In this document: one piece after another, positions 45,599-48,810 of the stretch | How the letters are laid out: each line of letters begins with the position of its first letter | How positions within the stretch are numbered: position 1 is the first letter of the stretch | Source of the DNA: a virus | Length of the DNA stretch: 48,810 nt | UHGV virus genome: UHGV-1373739 | Reading direction: 5' to 3' (one strand) | The notes under the pieces: generated by a model | The model's input: the letters and a program-made list of their open reading frames with translations, nothing else | The model's database searches: none | What the model was told of the DNA's origin: nothing | Program-made: the position numbers and the translations under genes

Positions 45599-45806
45599 TG
45601 TCAGAGAAGCGTCAGACGTTGATATAGGGAGAGATTATGGAGTTACCCTAAGAAGTCCTCACCTTAATACAGAAAATGGCTTAAAAGGGCAAATAAACGG
45701 CTTACAGAGGTTATCTGCTTTGGAATGGTTAAGGAAACACACAGAACAAAATGAACTGTTTTCCAAGAATATATTGACAAACATATCAGAACATGATATA
45801 ATTTAA
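45561..45806 (+). CDS. Hypothetical protein (alternative starts at 45579/45588)
   Basis: ORF overlapping 3' end of upstream gene; GGGGA at 10 nt before ATG 45588. Confidence 0.4.
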   Translation: MMTNGEMTFMMDSVREASDVDIGRDYGVTLRSPHLNTENGLKGQINGLQRLSALEWLRKHTEQNELFSKNILTNISEHDII

Positions 45807-45826
45807 AATATAAAAGGAGTTAGAAC

Positions 45827-46237
45827 ATGAGCAGAGCAGAGTTTAGAAGGGAACAGAGGGAGAAGAAGAAAGATAACAAAACATATACCTTAACAGCAAG
45901 GGAATTGGAACAGTTAGAACAAAGAATCCGAAAGGAAGAACAACAGAAAGCGAAACAAATCATTCTGGAACAGACAAAAGGTTTAGCAGAACAGATATTA
46001 ACCATGATGTTGGTAATTCCAACAAATGTATTGGTGTCTGATTATTGGCAGAAGTCAGCAAAGAAGCGCATACCAAAGTTTGTAGATGATTGCATGAGCC
46101 TATATGAAGCATTTACAAGTGGTGTAGTAAAAATGTCTGAGATGGTAGAACTCACAGAAGAATATGCAGGAATCAAGTTAGTGCAGGATGAACAGTTTTC
46201 CATGTTTGCAGAAAAGGTGGGAGAACATGAAAAGTAA
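45827..46237 (+). CDS. Hypothetical protein (136 aa), coiled-coil N-terminus
   Basis: RBS AAAAGGAG. Confidence 0.5.
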   Translation: MSRAEFRREQREKKKDNKTYTLTARELEQLEQRIRKEEQQKAKQIILEQTKGLAEQILTMMLVIPTNVLVSDYWQKSAKKRIPKFVDDCMSLYEAFTSGVVKMSEMVELTEEYAGIKLVQDEQFSMFAEKVGEHEK

Positions 46238-46367
46238 ATTACAGAAGGACATAGACAGTTATGTAAGAAAGTATGCAAAGAAGCATAACATAACAAAAGA
46301 ACAAGCACTAACACATAAACGAGTGCAGAATGTGATTGCATGGTTAAGGTTAAGGGAAGGAGAATGA
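46227..46367 (+). CDS. Small basic protein (46 aa)
   Basis: ATG after AAAAGGTGGGAGAAC; not in ORF track. Confidence 0.35.
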   Translation: MKSKLQKDIDSYVRKYAKKHNITKEQALTHKRVQNVIAWLRLREGE

Positions 46368-46456
46368 TAAAACAGAAAGTGGAACAATACAACCTTGATG
46401 TGGTTGATTTGGGAAAGGAATTAGAAGCAGAGTGCAGTGTGGAACTTCTGTTATAA
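46364..46456 (+). CDS. Possible 30-aa peptide coupled (ATGA) to upstream small ORF
   Basis: ATG after GGGAAGGAGA. Confidence 0.25.
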   Translation: MIKQKVEQYNLDVVDLGKELEAECSVELLL

Positions 46457-46514
46457 CAAATCAAATACCTATTAGGAAATGAAAGGGAAGTCAGAGAAAG
46501 GAAACTATATAAAT

Positions 46515-46544
46515 TTGACAGGACAGAACAGAGATTGTTAGAAT
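46515..46544 (+). promoter_or_regulatory. Promoter (TTGACA, 18 nt, TGtTAGAAT) with overlapping TAGAA-TAG-TTCTA inverted repeat and downstream TAGAACA direct repeats
   Basis: Hexamers and repeats read from sequence upstream of parB-like gene. Confidence 0.5.
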
Positions 46545-46659
46545 AGTTCTATGAGTTCATACAAGAATAGTATATAACAAGTATACAAAGAACAATAGAA
46601 CATAACATACCATTTAGAACAAAGACAGAACAAAGAATATAGAAAGGGGCATAGAATAC

Positions 46660-47313
46660 ATGGGAGCAAAAGCAAGTGGTATCAAGGTAACATACAGAAA
46701 CATCAAAGAATTAAAACCATATAAGAAGAATGCAAAGAAGCATCCAAAAGAACAGGTTGAACGAATTGCGAATAGCATTAAACAGTTTGGGTTCTTTGAG
46801 CATAGAGCAGTAGCAATCGACAGTGAGGACAACGTAGTGGAAGGACACGGAAGAATCCTAGCGGCAAAGAAAGCAGGATTGACACAAGTGCCTACAATCT
46901 GTTTAGATGATATGACAGAAGAACAAATCAAAGCATGGCGTTTGATTGAAAACAAAACAGCAGAATCCAGTTATGATGAAACATTGATAAACAAAGAAAT
47001 TGAAGAATTGTTACAATCAGACATAGATATGGAGGCGTTCGGATTCAGCGTTGATATTCTGGAAGATGAAACAATAGAGGTTGAACCAGATGTACCTTTT
47101 ACAGAGATACTTAACGAAGAAAATAATTACATTGTGTTAAAGTTCAATAACAAGATTGATTGGATTAATGCAATGGGGATATTTGGAATTGAGAAAGCAA
47201 AAGCGTACCCTACAAGGAAAGGAGGAAACAAAAAGACGTTTGATATGCAAGGAGTAGGAAGGGTGCTAGATGGACAGAAAGCGTTAGAAAGGGTGACAGG
47301 GAATGAGATATAA
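46660..47313 (+). CDS. ParB N-terminal-domain (ParB/Srx-like) protein
   Basis: ..IDSEDNVVEGHGRILAAKKAGLTQVPTICL..EEQIKAWRLIENK matches the ParB box (GHRR-like motif). Confidence 0.7.
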   Translation: MGAKASGIKVTYRNIKELKPYKKNAKKHPKEQVERIANSIKQFGFFEHRAVAIDSEDNVVEGHGRILAAKKAGLTQVPTICLDDMTEEQIKAWRLIENKTAESSYDETLINKEIEELLQSDIDMEAFGFSVDILEDETIEVEPDVPFTEILNEENNYIVLKFNNKIDWINAMGIFGIEKAKAYPTRKGGNKKTFDMQGVGRVLDGQKALERVTGNEI

Positions 47314-48112
47314 GGGAAAAGAAATCATTGTTGCTTGCCCGTCTTATAAACGTTATAAGGTAGAGACATTAGCATACATTCCGTTTTGTAAAGTCTATGT
47401 TTCACCAGAAGAATATGAAGCATATTTAGAGTTCAATCCAAAACACAAAGACAACATTGTGAAGTGTCCGAAAGGTGTACAAGGGAATCTGTGCAGGGTT
47501 CGTAACTATATCCTTGGCACAGAGTTTGAAAATGGTGCAGATATTGTTTTATTGATTGATGATGATTTACGAGCGATTGAACATTTTGAAATGTCAGAGG
47601 ATGAAACATATGCGTATGAAAAAGTCAAAGTAAAATCAGATGAAATATTAGACTTCTTATATCGTTATTCTTTATTATGCCATGACTGGGGTTTTAAGTT
47701 CTGGGGATTGAATTGCAACAGAGATGCAATGTCATATCGGCAGTATTCACCATTCAGCACCACATCATATATTGGAGGACCTTTCCAGTGTTTCTTAAAG
47801 GGGAACGAACTCAGATATGATGAACGATTACCGCTGAAAGAAGATTATGATATGACTTTACAGAACATGAATCTGTACAGAGGTGCATTGAGATTGAACA
47901 AATACCATTATGTATGTAGACAGTCAGAACAAAAAGGCGGTTGTGCTATGTACCGTAACATGCAGAGGGAGAAAGAACAATTTGAATTGTTGAGGCAGAA
48001 ATGGGGAAGCAACATAGTAAGATTGGACACATCAAACAAAGGACGAAGCAAAAAGAACAGAAAGTATATAGACTACAATCCGATTATAAAGATACCAATA
48101 AAAGGTATATAG
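47303..48112 (+). CDS. GT-A fold glycosyltransferase-like protein (putative)
   Basis: N-terminal EIIVACPSYKRY (GT2-like hhhhP.Y strand) and DXD-type motif ADIVLLIDDDL ~80 aa later; ATGA-coupled to parB-like gene. Confidence 0.4.
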   Translation: MRYKGKEIIVACPSYKRYKVETLAYIPFCKVYVSPEEYEAYLEFNPKHKDNIVKCPKGVQGNLCRVRNYILGTEFENGADIVLLIDDDLRAIEHFEMSEDETYAYEKVKVKSDEILDFLYRYSLLCHDWGFKFWGLNCNRDAMSYRQYSPFSTTSYIGGPFQCFLKGNELRYDERLPLKEDYDMTLQNMNLYRGALRLNKYHYVCRQSEQKGGCAMYRNMQREKEQFELLRQKWGSNIVRLDTSNKGRSKKNRKYIDYNPIIKIPIKGI

Positions 48113-48119
48113 CAGAGAG

Positions 48120-48150
48120 GGGCAGAACATTGTTTCTGTCCTTTTTATTT
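48120..48150 (+). terminator. Rho-independent terminator GGGCAGAA-CATTGT-TTCTGTCC-TTTTTATTTTT
   Basis: 8-bp stem with one wobble, T tail. Confidence 0.5.
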
Positions 48151-48177
48151 TTATTACAAAATATTTACAAATAACTG

Positions 48178-48205
48178 TTGACTTTCTGCTATGTTGTGTT
48201 ATAAT
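48178..48205 (+). promoter_or_regulatory. Promoter (TTGACT, 16 nt, TGtTATAAT) + ATAATTAAAGTTAAGGAACAA leader
   Basis: Consensus hexamers. Confidence 0.5.
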
Positions 48206-48259
48206 ATAATTAAAGTTAAGGAACAACAAACAAATAAAACAAAACAGGAGGAAAACAAA

Positions 48260-48502
48260 ATGAAATATAATATGATATATGACAAAGACACTGGAATGTT
48301 TATTTATAGAGGACATAGCATTTTTCCTTTAGAGAGAACAAATGGAACACCGGCAAGCGTAATAAGAAGTTACTATGCTGATGAAAGGCAGAGAATTGAT
48401 AGGAATATAGAGTTAGAAGAGAAATACAAAAATATAGATTTAGATAGTTTGCACAATGCAGATGAAGATATTGATTTCTTTTTGAATATGGTAAATAATT
48501 AA
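48260..48502 (+). CDS. Hypothetical protein (80 aa)
   Basis: ATG after AACAGGAGGAAAAC; ORF-track start 48191 lies within promoter. Confidence 0.5.
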   Translation: MKYNMIYDKDTGMFIYRGHSIFPLERTNGTPASVIRSYYADERQRIDRNIELEEKYKNIDLDSLHNADEDIDFFLNMVNN

Positions 48503-48553
48503 AAATAGTTATTGACAAAACAAAACATTTATTTAAGAAAGGGTGTAAAACAA

Positions 48554-48810
48554 ATGGAAGAAAAGAATATGAGAACAGAGGAAACAAAACATGAAGTAAC
48601 AAACGAGCAGATTTTGGAACATCTGAAAGAGATTGAAATTGCACAAGGTGGAATTGCAAATGGAATCAATACATTGTTTAGTGTTATAGTTGAAAGAAAG
48701 GAACAGTTAAAGTTAAGTAAGAGCGAAATGGAAATGATTAGACATGGAGAGGTTGCACTCGCTTGTCTCACAGACCATATGGCTGATATTTCTGGAATGA
48801 ATGAGGAATT
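48554..48810 (+). CDS. Hypothetical protein, 3'-truncated by window end
   Basis: ATG after AAAGGGTGTAAAAC; frame open to end of window; preceded by TTGACA promoter-like element at 48513. Confidence 0.45.
   Translation, partial: MEEKNMRTEETKHEVTNEQILEHLKEIEIAQGGIANGINTLFSVIVERKEQLKLSKSEMEMIRHGEVALACLTDHMADISGMNEE

Noticed and set aside
1-48810. CRISPR array, tRNA/tmRNA genes, integrase/attP, reverse transcriptase/DGR
   Set aside because: No regularly spaced direct repeats, no GTTCGAATC-type T-loop candidates, and no tyrosine/serine recombinase or RT motifs were seen. Cannot exclude small tRNAs without a dedicated scan.

Overview
This window is a 48.8 kb slice of a tailed dsDNA phage or prophage genome with siphovirus-type morphogenesis genes. 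The host is probably a low-GC Gram-positive (Firmicutes or Clostridia-like). Every convincing gene lies on the + strand, and the coding strand is strongly A-rich. The minus-strand ORFs in the track look like antisense artefacts.

Gene order runs as follows. The window opens on the C-terminal fragment of an upstream gene. Large terminase follows, then an oddly placed lysis cassette (XhlA-like protein, holin, GH25+CW_7+LysM endolysin). Next are portal, Mu-F-like minor head protein, two paralogous zinc-ribbon proteins, scaffold and major capsid. Neck proteins, major tail protein, G/T chaperones, tape measure, Dit, Tal and two fibre-like proteins come after these; one fibre-like protein carries Listeria-Bacteroides repeats. 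Two terminator-bounded operons of unusual Q/N-, Gly- and Cys-rich proteins sit between the structural and early regions.

The rest is a long early/replication region of small genes, each with its own extended -10 promoter. It encodes a DnaG-type primase, a gp32-like SSB, a DnaE-type Pol III alpha, a RecA/Sak4-like recombinase, a Cas4-like nuclease, an MTase-like protein, a RuvC-like resolvase and an AAA_5 ATPase. It also carries a NUMOD3/Vsr-like homing endonuclease inserted at the 5' end of an Hjc-like resolvase gene, RNase HI, a ParB-like protein and a GT-A glycosyltransferase.

The points most worth a second look are these. The homing endonuclease is flanked by a protein-level-conserved 45-nt duplication, and the Hjc gene is frameshifted. 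A gamma-class MTase-fold protein lacks the catalytic (D/N)PP(Y/F) motif. A ParB-like + GT-A pair may be a DNA-modification module. A ~300-nt ORF-free structured region with its own promoter and terminator is a candidate ncRNA or origin. A stereotyped promoter and leader motif (TTGACx-N17-TGtTAT..ATAATCAAGTTAAGGGAAA) recurs across the early region. Composite hairpin-promoter elements and a duplicated 16-mer palindrome after terL and dnaE also stand out. No CRISPR array, tRNA, integrase or reverse transcriptase was seen.
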